Below, piece after piece: positions 44,489-54,082 of a stretch of 64,000 nt of DNA. Positions within the stretch are counted from its first letter, which is position 1. The number at the start of each line of letters is the position of its first letter. The notes beneath the pieces are model-generated. The model saw nothing but the letters and a program-made list of their open reading frames with translations. It did not search any database and was not told the origin of the DNA. A program made the translations under genes and the position numbers. The DNA is from a virus (taxonomy: Duplodnaviria > Caudoviricetes). The stretch spans positions 7,140 to 71,139 of the IMG/VR virus record IMGVR_UViG_3300005544_000022. One strand, 5' to 3'.

Positions 44489-45019
44489 GTGCCACGAAGC
44501 GCTGCATATCGTAGGTGTCAAGATTTACTGCCCGAGCTGAGTAAAGAGGAGTTGAAGGAGATACTACAGTGGGCTAATGGACTTGCCGGCATGGGCCGCA
44601 TGGCCGAAGCAATCGCCCCCACCCCTAAAGGGAATATGATTACTGAGGATGACTGGCTGGCCTACGCTATCGGCAGAGCCATGATTAGCCGAGGGCAGTT
44701 CACAACCAAGAACGTGAACATGCGGCTTGCCCTCGCTGCTAGGATTACCCCGGCTTATAAGGAGGCCAGCCTTCAACAGCGCACGACGTTGCTAGCTCAG
44801 GTAAGTAAGCATGAGCCGCTGTTAGAATACGAGCTTCAGTACTTAGGGGATGTTGTCATCAATGCCCTCATAAACAACCTTGCGTGGATGGATGGTCTCG
44901 ATGCCGAAACACTGATGCGCAATATCGACCGCATACCCAAAGCCTTGGATGCTGAGTTCCCAGGCTATGCCGCTAACAACCTGCTTCGTTTGCTATTGCC
45001 ACATCGTAATAGGGGATAA
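44489..45019 (+). CDS. hypothetical protein upstream of the helicase
   Basis: RBS ggag; GTG start. Confidence 0.65.
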   Translation: MPRSAAYRRCQDLLPELSKEELKEILQWANGLAGMGRMAEAIAPTPKGNMITEDDWLAYAIGRAMISRGQFTTKNVNMRLALAARITPAYKEASLQQRTTLLAQVSKHEPLLEYELQYLGDVVINALINNLAWMDGLDAETLMRNIDRIPKALDAEFPGYAANNLLRLLLPHRNRG

Positions 45020-45022
45020 GTA

Positions 45023-46474
45023 ATGGCAGAGAATGAAAAGCTCGATGCTAACATTCAAAAGAACCTACTGGCGTTGCTGTGCTACGACGACAAGCGGGGT
45101 ACAGAAGTTGCGAGCATGCTGGAGGCCGATCAGTTCGATGGCTTGACGCGCACAATTGCCACGGCAGTCTACAAGTACCGATCGCAGTACAGAGGCAAGC
45201 CTCCCGGCCGGCGCTACATGCCGACGTTGATTGAGCAGTTGCCAATTCAGGATGAGCAGTTGAAAGCCGCTCGCATGCTCAACCTCGAGATGAGCAAGCT
45301 GGTCAAGGCTATAAATTCTGATTATGTGATTGGGCAGGCGAGTGGGTTTGCTGTCAGGCAGAAATTCAAGCTCGAGACTGAGGCTCTGGCTACGGTACTC
45401 ACCAAACCGCCTTACGATATGGACAAGGCTCGTGCGCTAGTTCATTCGATGGCGACTTACCAACCTAGAGTAGTCGATGCTGGTATCAGGCTAAACGACG
45501 CACGCCAATCGCTGGCTTTCCTTACCGCACCGGATGATGGCTATAAGCTACTTATCGGACCTTTTGACAATACCAAGTTGCGGCTTGCGCCCAAAACCTT
45601 GCTACTCTATTTGGCTTTCAAGAACTCAGGTAAGTCGTGGTTCTGTACGCATGTTGGCCGCTCGTGCGCGATGCAAGGCGCAAACGTGCTGCACGTCAGC
45701 CTCGAGATGTCGCAACAGCAAGTCGCCGGTCGGTACGTGCAAAACTTCTTTGGCGTGTCGAAGTACAGCTCGAAGTATCTGAAGGTTTCGTTTACGACTG
45801 AAAAAGGTGCAGCGACGGGTTGGAACCAAAAACTGGTCACACCTAAGCTGACAGTGGATAAGCGGGGCATCTACCAAATACTGAAAAACAAGCTGGCACA
45901 GTTCGACCGGTTGACAGAACGTATTATCATAAAGGAATTTCCTACTGGCAGCATGACGCTTCACATGCTCGAAAGCTACCTCGACTTTATGGATAGGCAT
46001 TTCAACTTCCAGCCTAATGTCATCATTGTCGACTACCCAGATTTGATGAAACTGAGTACGAGGGATTATCGCATCGACATAGGCGAAAACGTCAAGGCGT
46101 TGCGTGGCTTGGCCAACACCCGTAATGCGGCCCTGGTCTGCCCAAGCCAAATCAATCGAAGCGGAGCTACCAAAAAGCAGGTGCGCAGTATTCACACGGC
46201 TGAGGATATCAGCAAGGTGAACACGGCCGACAATGTGATTACCTACTCGCAAACTGGCACAGAGCGGCAGTACCATTTGGCTCGCCTATTGCTAGAACAT
46301 GCGCGCGATACCGAAGCCGGTATAGAGGCCGCTATAACTCAGAACTATGCGATTGGCCAGTATGTTACTGATGCCCGATTGATGCTCAACAGCTATCGCG
46401 CTCGCATTGAGGGAGATGACGAGGCAAGTGGCGACGATGCAAAGTCTGACGACAAGCCAGAAGGTTTGGTATGA
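45023..46474 (+). CDS. dnaB: DnaB-like replicative helicase
   Basis: AFKNSGKS (Walker A), SLEM, IIVDY, PSQINR, AEDISK..TADNVI. Confidence 0.88.
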   Translation: MAENEKLDANIQKNLLALLCYDDKRGTEVASMLEADQFDGLTRTIATAVYKYRSQYRGKPPGRRYMPTLIEQLPIQDEQLKAARMLNLEMSKLVKAINSDYVIGQASGFAVRQKFKLETEALATVLTKPPYDMDKARALVHSMATYQPRVVDAGIRLNDARQSLAFLTAPDDGYKLLIGPFDNTKLRLAPKTLLLYLAFKNSGKSWFCTHVGRSCAMQGANVLHVSLEMSQQQVAGRYVQNFFGVSKYSSKYLKVSFTTEKGAATGWNQKLVTPKLTVDKRGIYQILKNKLAQFDRLTERIIIKEFPTGSMTLHMLESYLDFMDRHFNFQPNVIIVDYPDLMKLSTRDYRIDIGENVKALRGLANTRNAALVCPSQINRSGATKKQVRSIHTAEDISKVNTADNVITYSQTGTERQYHLARLLLEHARDTEAGIEAAITQNYAIGQYVTDARLMLNSYRARIEGDDEASGDDAKSDDKPEGLV

Positions 46475-48045
46475 TCCTTCAAAGCACCATTCGCAAGTTT
46501 CTTAACCGGCAGCGTGACGATCATCGCTGGCTCAAGAAGCTTAGCAAAAGCGACGTGGATGAATTGCTGAACTCGCTTGAGCCGCGCCCCAAGCTGTGGC
46601 CGAAGCTCATGCTGCACCAAAAGGTCGCTTTCTACCTAGGCGTTGCCTACCAAAGTTTCTCATTCTGGCTCGACATGGGCTCGGGCAAAACCCTTGTTGC
46701 CTTGGAGCTCATGAAATACTGGTACCAGTGCGGCATCGTGAAGCGCTGCATCGTGTTTGTGATAACCGACAAGGCATTTCCCACATGGGAAAAGCAAATC
46801 GAAAAGTACAAGATCGGCCTGCCGGTCATCGCCCTCGAAGAATCCAGCGTGAACAAGTGGGAGCAGCTCTACAACTTCAAGCACGGTTTCGTTCTTGTCA
46901 CCTACGCCGGCGCCGTGGCTATGTGCAGCGAAACGGTATCGGGCAAGGGTAAGAAAAAGCGTGGGTGGAAACTCAATAAGAACCTGATGAATAGGCTCAG
47001 CGACGGCGCTGACATGCTGGTGATGGATGAAAGCACCAGGGCCGGCAACATTCAATCGCTGAGCCATAAGCTCTGCGCCTACCTGTCGAAACGCATGAAC
47101 TATCGCTATGCCCTAGCAGGCCGGCCGTTCGGGCGCGACCCTACATTGCTGTGGACACAGCAGCGTTTGATTGACCAGGGCGGCAGCCTTGGCGAAACGA
47201 AGGCGTTGTTTCAGGAAGCCTTTTTTGCTAAAGAGCGCAACCCATTTGCTCGCTCGCAGTACGCCTTCAACTACACGTTTAGAAAAGAGATGATGCCCAA
47301 GCTGACGGAGCTCATGCAGCACCGCAGCATCACGTATGAAGAGCGCGAGTTTCAGGATGTCGCCAAGGTTATTCCCATTATCGAGCCGGTGTACCTGAGC
47401 CGCACGGCTAGAAAATACTACGACTATGGTGTAAAGGAACTCGCCAAGGCTAGAGGTAACTTTGTCGAGACTAAAAACCTGTTTCTGAAGCTGCGCCAAA
47501 TCACATCGGGGTTTGTCGGCGTCAAGAATGATGAAACCGGCGAGAAGGCATCGTTGAAGTTCGACGACAACCCCAAGCTAGATAAGCTGAGCGAACTCAT
47601 TGCAGAGCTGCCCCTCGACCGTAAGGCCGTGGTATTCTATGACTACACGTGGTCGGCCAACCAAATCATCGCGCACTTGTCCTTTCTGCAGGGCATTCAA
47701 TATATCTGGCTTTGGTCAGGTACTAAAAACTCGCGTGCCGAGTTGCAGCGATTTGCCGATGATCCCAAATGCCGCGTTGCAATCATCAACAACAAGGTTG
47801 GAGCTTACTCGCTCGATGGCTTGCAGGATGTGGCCAACTACATATTCTTCTATGAAAGCCCGGTGTCGGTCATCGACCGTGAGCAAGCTGAGAAACGCCT
47901 CAACCGTAAAGGCCAGAAACGAAAGGTGTGGATATATGACTTGGCAGTAACTAACAGTGTGGATGAACGCATACTTGCTTTCCATAAGGAAGGTAAGGAC
48001 CTGATGGCGATGGTTCGCAAAAACCCCGAAAGCTTGTTGGAGTAA
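46471..48045 (+). CDS. SNF2-like SF2 helicase/ATPase
   Basis: LDMGSGKT, VMDES, ALAGRP, QAEKRLNRKGQ. Confidence 0.85.
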   Translation: MILQSTIRKFLNRQRDDHRWLKKLSKSDVDELLNSLEPRPKLWPKLMLHQKVAFYLGVAYQSFSFWLDMGSGKTLVALELMKYWYQCGIVKRCIVFVITDKAFPTWEKQIEKYKIGLPVIALEESSVNKWEQLYNFKHGFVLVTYAGAVAMCSETVSGKGKKKRGWKLNKNLMNRLSDGADMLVMDESTRAGNIQSLSHKLCAYLSKRMNYRYALAGRPFGRDPTLLWTQQRLIDQGGSLGETKALFQEAFFAKERNPFARSQYAFNYTFRKEMMPKLTELMQHRSITYEEREFQDVAKVIPIIEPVYLSRTARKYYDYGVKELAKARGNFVETKNLFLKLRQITSGFVGVKNDETGEKASLKFDDNPKLDKLSELIAELPLDRKAVVFYDYTWSANQIIAHLSFLQGIQYIWLWSGTKNSRAELQRFADDPKCRVAIINNKVGAYSLDGLQDVANYIFFYESPVSVIDREQAEKRLNRKGQKRKVWIYDLAVTNSVDERILAFHKEGKDLMAMVRKNPESLLE

Positions 48046-48049
48046 CCCC

Positions 48050-48538
48050 ATGCCAAAAGCCAGATACCCCGGTGACTTAGGTAAAGACGATGATAACGAC
48101 GGTGCCTCGTTCCATCATACGACGCATCATGAGGATGAAGCGGTTATAGCGCATACGAGGATAACTAGGGTCGGCCAAGTCGAGGTTGTGAAGATTGCCC
48201 GCATATATAAGACCAAAGCCGAGCCCATGACTACTGAGGAGGTATTGCATCACCTCGGTTCTGACAGCCTGCTAAACCAAGTGCGGCGCAAGATCAGCAG
48301 CCATACTGGCAAGGTGGAGCAAGCTATGCAGCAGGTTAAGTCCCTTAGCCCAGTCGCGCTTCGCAGGATGGAGTTCGAGGCGGCGATTGAAATCGCGGCT
48401 ACGCTCGGCATTGACCTAACGCCTGGAGCTCAGCCGCCGACTGGTGTGCGTGGAGCTATTGGTCCGAAAGGTCCTACTGGCGCACCAAAAGGCCCAACTG
48501 GTCCCAGCCTTAGAGAAGCTAGTAAAGGTAAGAAATGA
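48050..48538 (+). CDS. hypothetical protein with short collagen-like Gly-X-Y tail
   Basis: GVRGAIGPKGPTG..GPTGPS. Confidence 0.6.
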   Translation: MPKARYPGDLGKDDDNDGASFHHTTHHEDEAVIAHTRITRVGQVEVVKIARIYKTKAEPMTTEEVLHHLGSDSLLNQVRRKISSHTGKVEQAMQQVKSLSPVALRRMEFEAAIEIAATLGIDLTPGAQPPTGVRGAIGPKGPTGAPKGPTGPSLREASKGKK

Positions 48539-49596
48539 CCGCGATAGTCACTGCTGACTTGCACTTGAGCAGCAACCCCCGCGACAGCTATCGGCACCAC
48601 TTTGTCAGGAACATCTTGCTCGGCATCGTGACGCGCAAGCGACCGACCACGCTAATCATTCTGGGCGACCTGACTGATCAAAAGGACTATCACAGCTCAG
48701 AACTTGTTAACACGATCGTCGAGTATCTGTACGCCTTTTCGCTAGAATGTCCCGTAATCGTCATGCGGGGCAATCATGATTGCATCAACCCCGACATGCC
48801 ATTCTTCGGCTTTGTCAAGCATATCCCCAACATCACTTGGATTACCCAACCCAAAGTGATGACCATCGCCGGGCTTGGTGTGTGCTGCTTTCTACCTCAC
48901 ACGCGCAACTACAAACGGGACTGGGCAGAACTATCGTTCGCCCCGTACAAGCGTGACCCCAATACAGGCTTCATCTTTGCCCACAATACCTTCGACGGCG
49001 CTGACGCTGGCCACGGTCGAACGCTGCGAGGCATACCAACGTCGGTGTTCCCCAAACAGGCTACAGTCATCAGCGGCGATATCCACATACCGCAAACTCT
49101 CAATCAGGTGACTTATGTAGGTGCTCCCTATACCGTCACGTTCGGCGATAGCTACAAACCCCGCGTGCTGCAGATTGGACTAACACCCGAGCGGCCCTAT
49201 ACGGTTTCAGGCCGTAAGGAAGCCTCACGTGAAATCCAAATGCAGTCGATACCATGCGAGGGGGCGCAAAAGCGCGTCGTCGATATTAAGAACCCTCACA
49301 AGGGCTTGGCTATTGCTCTTAACAAGGGCGACATGGTAAAAGCTCGTGTTCACTTGGCGGCCGAAGACTATGCTCGATGGAATGAAATACAGGCGCAAGT
49401 GCGCAAGGCAATCGAGCAGCAGGGCGCCATCGCCAGCATCATCCAGCCCATAAAGGTAAGCCAGACTATCAAGCTGCAACGCAAGCGCACGGCTGGGCTT
49501 CAGAATGATCTCGAGCTACTTGAAACCTACGCGAAGCGGCGAGGCGTGACAACTGACACGCTGAAAACTGGTAAATGGATCATGGAGCAAGTGTGA
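48535..49596 (+). CDS. sbcD: SbcD/Mre11-like metallophosphoesterase nuclease
   Basis: ADLHL, LGDL, GNHD, AHN, SGDIH. Confidence 0.88.
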   Translation: MTAIVTADLHLSSNPRDSYRHHFVRNILLGIVTRKRPTTLIILGDLTDQKDYHSSELVNTIVEYLYAFSLECPVIVMRGNHDCINPDMPFFGFVKHIPNITWITQPKVMTIAGLGVCCFLPHTRNYKRDWAELSFAPYKRDPNTGFIFAHNTFDGADAGHGRTLRGIPTSVFPKQATVISGDIHIPQTLNQVTYVGAPYTVTFGDSYKPRVLQIGLTPERPYTVSGRKEASREIQMQSIPCEGAQKRVVDIKNPHKGLAIALNKGDMVKARVHLAAEDYARWNEIQAQVRKAIEQQGAIASIIQPIKVSQTIKLQRKRTAGLQNDLELLETYAKRRGVTTDTLKTGKWIMEQV

Positions 49597-49775
49597 TGCA
49601 CTGGATATTTCTGTCGGTACTAGCTGTATGCGTAGCCATCCTCGCTATGGTGTCAGATACTGACGACTTGAAGCAACGAGTTTGCCTGTTGGAAGGCCGA
49701 GAAGTAACTAGAACCTACGTGCTTGGGTTCATATTAAACTATGGCTGCATTGACAAGCCAAAGGAAACGAAGTGA
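49575..49775 (+). CDS. small membrane protein
   Basis: Hydrophobic helix; overlaps both neighbours. Confidence 0.5.
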   Translation: MDHGASVMHWIFLSVLAVCVAILAMVSDTDDLKQRVCLLEGREVTRTYVLGFILNYGCIDKPKETK

Positions 49776-51616
49776 AGATCGAGTTTCGCCAGCTAGCAAT
49801 CGAGCACTTCGGCAGCTTTGCTGAGAAGCAACTGCTCCGCCTCACGCCATTGAGCGTCGGGGTGCATTTCGTGCGCGGCGCCAACGAGGTGGAAAAGCTT
49901 GGCCCCAACGGGGCTGGCAAATCGAAGATGGTCAACGCCCTGGCGTGGTGCCTGTACGGCAAGACTACCGATAACCTCAAAGCTTCTGACGTCAAACCGT
50001 GGTCTGGTAAAGGCAAACCCCGCGTCAGCCTGATTGCCAACTTCGATGGCAAGAAGCGCAAGGTGACGCGCACCACCCCTAACTTTCTCGAGCTTGATGG
50101 CAAAGAGGTGAGCCAGGACGAGATAGATAACTTGATGCACATGAACTACGGGGTGTTCAAGCAGGCGATGCTGTTCGGCCAATCAGAGCCGCTGTTCTTT
50201 GACTTGCCTAATAAAGATAAGCTGGCACTGCTGAGTGAAGTGCTTGAGCTGGATAAGTGGGAGGTTCGCTCACAAAAGGCGAGCGAGCGCACCCGCGAGC
50301 TAGAAACTCGAGAGACTACCCTTCGCACTGAACTCAGCTCGCTAGAAACAAGTATTACCAGAGTAAAGGATTTGATTGCCAGCACGATTGCCGCTCGCGA
50401 CAAGTGGGAAACTGAGCTGGCCACCAAGTTGAAGAATGCTGATAAAGATAAGCGAACGCTTACCGAACAACTCGCAGCAGTCGAGAAGAAACTCAAAACG
50501 GCTACTCGCATCGGCGTGCATGCTGCGACCAAGCTAGGTGAGGTGCAGGCTGATCTCAAAATAGCCGAGGAGTACCTGAACAAGCACAATCAGCAACTAT
50601 CTGTACTCAATGAGCGCAACCGGCAGCTTACGAGCCAGCGCGCGGTAGTTGCGAAGGACCTCGAAGAATTAGATAAGGCTCGTCGCTGCCCGACATGCAA
50701 TCAGCCTATAACTCGTGTCAACGTGCGCACGCATCGCCAGCATTTGCTGGATAGGCTGAAGCAGCTCGATAAGCAAATCAAAGAGAGCACGCCGGCTGAT
50801 ATTCCTGAAACCCAAAAGCTGACGGTCAAGTATAAGAACGACGTAATCATGAACCGGGCGCATGCGGTCACGTACCAAACTGAGATGGATGGTCGTGCTC
50901 GTGAGGTAACAGCCCTGAATGTCACGCGATCGGAATATCGGGCAAGGCTCGATGTGATCGACAAGCTGATGCAAGAGCGTGAAGCTGAAGCCAACCCACA
51001 CACGGCCCAGCTCAAAAAGCTCAAGACCCAGCTTACAGAAATGAAGGCCGAAAGCCTCGTAGCCGGCAAAGCGGCCGACAAAGCTTCGAGACAGGCCGCG
51101 CGCAGCAAGTACTGGATCAAAGGGTTCAAGGACGTTCGGCTGTTTGTAATAGAAGACGTACTGCAGGAACTCGAGTTAACGACCAATGCATTGCTGGAAG
51201 ACATGGGCTTGCTCGGCTGGCAAGTCAACTATGCGGTAGAGCGGGAAACCAAGTCGGGCAGCATTCAAACCGGCATGACGATCAGCATTCTATCACCACG
51301 CAATAAAAAGCCGGTCAAGTGGGAGTCCTGGTCAGGGGGTGAGGGCCAACGCCTACGATTGGCTGGCGCTTTGGCGCTGTCTGAGGTATTATTGGGGTAT
51401 GCCAATATCGAGGTCAATCTCGAGATATTGGATGAACCTACCAAGCACTTATCGGACGAAGGGGTAGTCGACTTGTGCGAGATGCTGACAGCGCGCAGTG
51501 AGCAGCTGGGCCGGAAAATCCTGTACATTGATCACATGGCTCAAGAGAGCAGTCAGTTCGCTTCGACTATCGTAGTTCGCAAGACCAAGGCCGGTTCATT
51601 GATTGAACAGAGCTAA
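49772..51616 (+). CDS. sbcC: SbcC/Rad50-like SMC ATPase
   Basis: NGAGKS, coiled coil with CPTC zinc hook, SGGE signature, ILDEP. Confidence 0.92.
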   Translation: MKIEFRQLAIEHFGSFAEKQLLRLTPLSVGVHFVRGANEVEKLGPNGAGKSKMVNALAWCLYGKTTDNLKASDVKPWSGKGKPRVSLIANFDGKKRKVTRTTPNFLELDGKEVSQDEIDNLMHMNYGVFKQAMLFGQSEPLFFDLPNKDKLALLSEVLELDKWEVRSQKASERTRELETRETTLRTELSSLETSITRVKDLIASTIAARDKWETELATKLKNADKDKRTLTEQLAAVEKKLKTATRIGVHAATKLGEVQADLKIAEEYLNKHNQQLSVLNERNRQLTSQRAVVAKDLEELDKARRCPTCNQPITRVNVRTHRQHLLDRLKQLDKQIKESTPADIPETQKLTVKYKNDVIMNRAHAVTYQTEMDGRAREVTALNVTRSEYRARLDVIDKLMQEREAEANPHTAQLKKLKTQLTEMKAESLVAGKAADKASRQAARSKYWIKGFKDVRLFVIEDVLQELELTTNALLEDMGLLGWQVNYAVERETKSGSIQTGMTISILSPRNKKPVKWESWSGGEGQRLRLAGALALSEVLLGYANIEVNLEILDEPTKHLSDEGVVDLCEMLTARSEQLGRKILYIDHMAQESSQFASTIVVRKTKAGSLIEQS

Positions 51617-51623
51617 CGTATGT
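51617..51623 (+). promoter_or_regulatory. CGTATGT putative phage promoter element
   Basis: Directly after the sbcC stop. Confidence 0.5.
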
Positions 51624-51740
51624 TGTAAGCGGGGCTGATGCACGACGATGACAAAAACTTCTGGTTGATGCTGTTCCTGCTGTTTAGCCTAGTCGCTATA
51701 TCAGCACTGGTAGCCGGCTATTTGATGGAGGAAGCGTTCG

Positions 51741-52106
51741 GTGACGATCTGGGTCGACGATATGTACAAGTACCCGATGGGCCAATTCAAGGCCAGAGGT
51801 GGGCGCGTTTACAAGATGTCGCATCTCATCGCCACCGACCTAAAAGAGCTGCATCGTATGGCTCGTCGCCTTGGTGTAGATAAACGTCACTTTCAAGATA
51901 AGTATAGCGGGCCTCACTATGACATTGCGATGTCTAAGCGAAAGCTCGCGGTCGAGTATGGGGCTGTGGAAGTAACCATGCGTGAGCTTGCTGCGATACT
52001 TTGGTGCCAGCGCAACGAGTTGCCATTCCGCAATCCAGGCCACGCTTACAGACGAATGATCGCAGACTACAAAAATCGCAGACTACAAAAACAGGGTGAG
52101 GGTTAG
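51741..52106 (+). CDS. DUF4031 domain protein
   Basis: IWVDD, MSHLIA..L.ELH.MA..LGV..RHFQ, HYDI. Confidence 0.8.
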   Translation: MTIWVDDMYKYPMGQFKARGGRVYKMSHLIATDLKELHRMARRLGVDKRHFQDKYSGPHYDIAMSKRKLAVEYGAVEVTMRELAAILWCQRNELPFRNPGHAYRRMIADYKNRRLQKQGEG

Positions 52107-52108
52107 TA

Positions 52109-52552
52109 ATGGAACGTCGTCGCTTGGGGCAACTGCCAAAGCCGTGCCCGCTCGTAACAGGTAGAACTATCTACGACAAGTCAGCCAAGCAGCTTAGGCC
52201 CGAGAACTACCAATGGTACACTTACCTCACCAAGCCGACAGACGAGAAGTTTGGTGGCGTGTTCAAGCGAGTAGGCCGCGACCCTAAACGAATACCGCAG
52301 AATGTTCTCGAGGCGTCGGGGCACAAGCCTCGCTCGGCAACGTCACGCATCAAAACCTATCTCCTTGACTTAGAGATAGAGCGCGACCCCTCGCGAGATC
52401 GTGGCTTGAAACGGTTGCGTGAGCTCTGTGTGCGCTGTGCCGTCACGACCAACGAAATCCGCCAATGTGCAATCATCAACTGCCCACTCTGGGCGCATAG
52501 GCTCGGTACCAACCCCCATAACTTTCACAAGCGTCAAGCTAGAAAGGAGTAG
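52109..52552 (+). CDS. hypothetical protein (possible Zn-binding C-terminus)
   Basis: LC..C......IRQC....CPLW.HRLG.NP. Confidence 0.6.
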   Translation: MERRRLGQLPKPCPLVTGRTIYDKSAKQLRPENYQWYTYLTKPTDEKFGGVFKRVGRDPKRIPQNVLEASGHKPRSATSRIKTYLLDLEIERDPSRDRGLKRLRELCVRCAVTTNEIRQCAIINCPLWAHRLGTNPHNFHKRQARKE

Positions 52553-52555
52553 TGC

Positions 52556-54082
52556 ATGCGCGTTGTAATTTACAGACCTACTAAATCAGAGCATGACGCG
52601 GCGCTCGCTGACGCTTTGCTTACCGGCTTCGAGGCCAACGGCGACAAGGTCTTCCTCAAAAAGTCAGTTGAGTTTAGTGGGATTGATGAATGGACCCAAA
52701 TGATCGTGCTCATTGGGCTCAGCGACAAGTCGCTGTATACCCAGCACATCAGAGCCGGCAAGAGCGTATTGCTAATTGATGACGGCTACATCAATCCGCA
52801 GAAGTACTATCGGTTTGCCCTGGATGGGTTTCAATCGTGGTTTCTACATAGCGAGCCTATGTCGCACGACAGGCTGGCGACCATACTAAAGGAAGCAGGG
52901 CTGACCATGCTGCCCTTCACAGAGCGCCAGCAACCGCTCGGGCTGTACGTCGGCAACCCTGAAGCCTATTGCAGATGGCACGAGCTGACCGATGATAAGG
53001 ACGACAAGCATTCCTTCGATAGCAATATGTGCCGGCACATCGCCGTCAGGATAATCCCGCAAGTTTGGGGCACGCCGACAGCGGCTTACCTACCAAATGC
53101 AAGCTTCAATGCCGACCATCCAAAGTTCAGGGATGGCCCCCGAGGTACCATTGTACTACCGCCTGATACGCCACTTAGCGAAGCATTGAAGGATTGCTCC
53201 ATGCTGGTCGAGCACGGCGGAAACTTCGGCGTCGCCGCACTTATTGCCGGCGTACCAGTTGTAGTTACAACGGCAGAAGGGATAAGCCCGGTGTACCCCA
53301 TCGCTGGGCACGGCATCGAGGCAGTGCGAGCACCACCTAAGACTACGGACGCAGAGCGCGTGCAAGTACTGGCCAACCTAGCATGGCATCAGTTCACGTT
53401 GAATGAGATTGCATCGGGCATGGCGTTGCAGCACCTAACCCCGCACACGATCAAGCATTTGGAGGGCATGGTCACTGATCCTAACAATCAATCCTACCTG
53501 ATTGCTCAATACAGAATGATGCACAATGCCGGCAAGTATCGCGGCGGGCTCAATGAAGAGATCATTGCCCACATCACCACGATGGTTGACGCTCACAAGC
53601 CGCAGAGCTTGCTCGACTACGGCAGCGGCAAAGGCAGGCAGTACCTCGAGAAAAAGCAGCACGAGCTGTGGAACGGCCCCGAGCCGACGTGCTATGACCC
53701 TGCACACGCGCCATTCGCGACCAGACCCGAGGGGCAGTTCGACGGCGTGATCTGTACCGATGTGGCTGAGCATATTCCGCCTGAAGGTGTCGAGGCATTT
53801 CTCGACGACGTGTTGCAGTACGCTCGCAAGTTCGTGTTCTTTTGTATTTACACCGGGCCGGCAATCAAGTATTTACCCGACGGGCGCAACGTTCACCTCA
53901 CAGTCAGAAAGCAAAAGTGGTGGAACCAGCAAATCTTCGAGGCAATCTACCGACGTGAGCCAGCAAATTTGACGCCTATAGATGTTACTGTGCTCAGTGA
54001 CAAGTCGATCCGAATGAAAAGCAGCACCATCGAAATCACCACACTGTATCGAGGCGGGGAGCGAAATGAAAAAGCAGCTTAG
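52556..54082 (+). CDS. fusion of GT-B-like KpsS/KpsC-type domain (paralogue 3) and class I SAM methyltransferase
   Basis: N-terminus: IDDGY, DGFQ, EHGGNFGVAALIAGVP, LANLAWHQFTLNEIASG; C-terminus: LLDYGSGKG, YDPA, FDGVICTDVAEHIP. Confidence 0.75.
   Translation: MRVVIYRPTKSEHDAALADALLTGFEANGDKVFLKKSVEFSGIDEWTQMIVLIGLSDKSLYTQHIRAGKSVLLIDDGYINPQKYYRFALDGFQSWFLHSEPMSHDRLATILKEAGLTMLPFTERQQPLGLYVGNPEAYCRWHELTDDKDDKHSFDSNMCRHIAVRIIPQVWGTPTAAYLPNASFNADHPKFRDGPRGTIVLPPDTPLSEALKDCSMLVEHGGNFGVAALIAGVPVVVTTAEGISPVYPIAGHGIEAVRAPPKTTDAERVQVLANLAWHQFTLNEIASGMALQHLTPHTIKHLEGMVTDPNNQSYLIAQYRMMHNAGKYRGGLNEEIIAHITTMVDAHKPQSLLDYGSGKGRQYLEKKQHELWNGPEPTCYDPAHAPFATRPEGQFDGVICTDVAEHIPPEGVEAFLDDVLQYARKFVFFCIYTGPAIKYLPDGRNVHLTVRKQKWWNQQIFEAIYRREPANLTPIDVTVLSDKSIRMKSSTIEITTLYRGGERNEKAA

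Noticed and set aside
45023-46474. Degenerate Walker A (AFKNSGKS) in DnaB as a sign of inactivity
   Set aside because: DnaB/gp41 helicases commonly have AxxxxGK[ST]; the other motifs are intact
51638-51883. 81-aa membrane ORF
   Set aside because: Overlaps DUF4031 by ~140 nt in another frame; possible but unsupported
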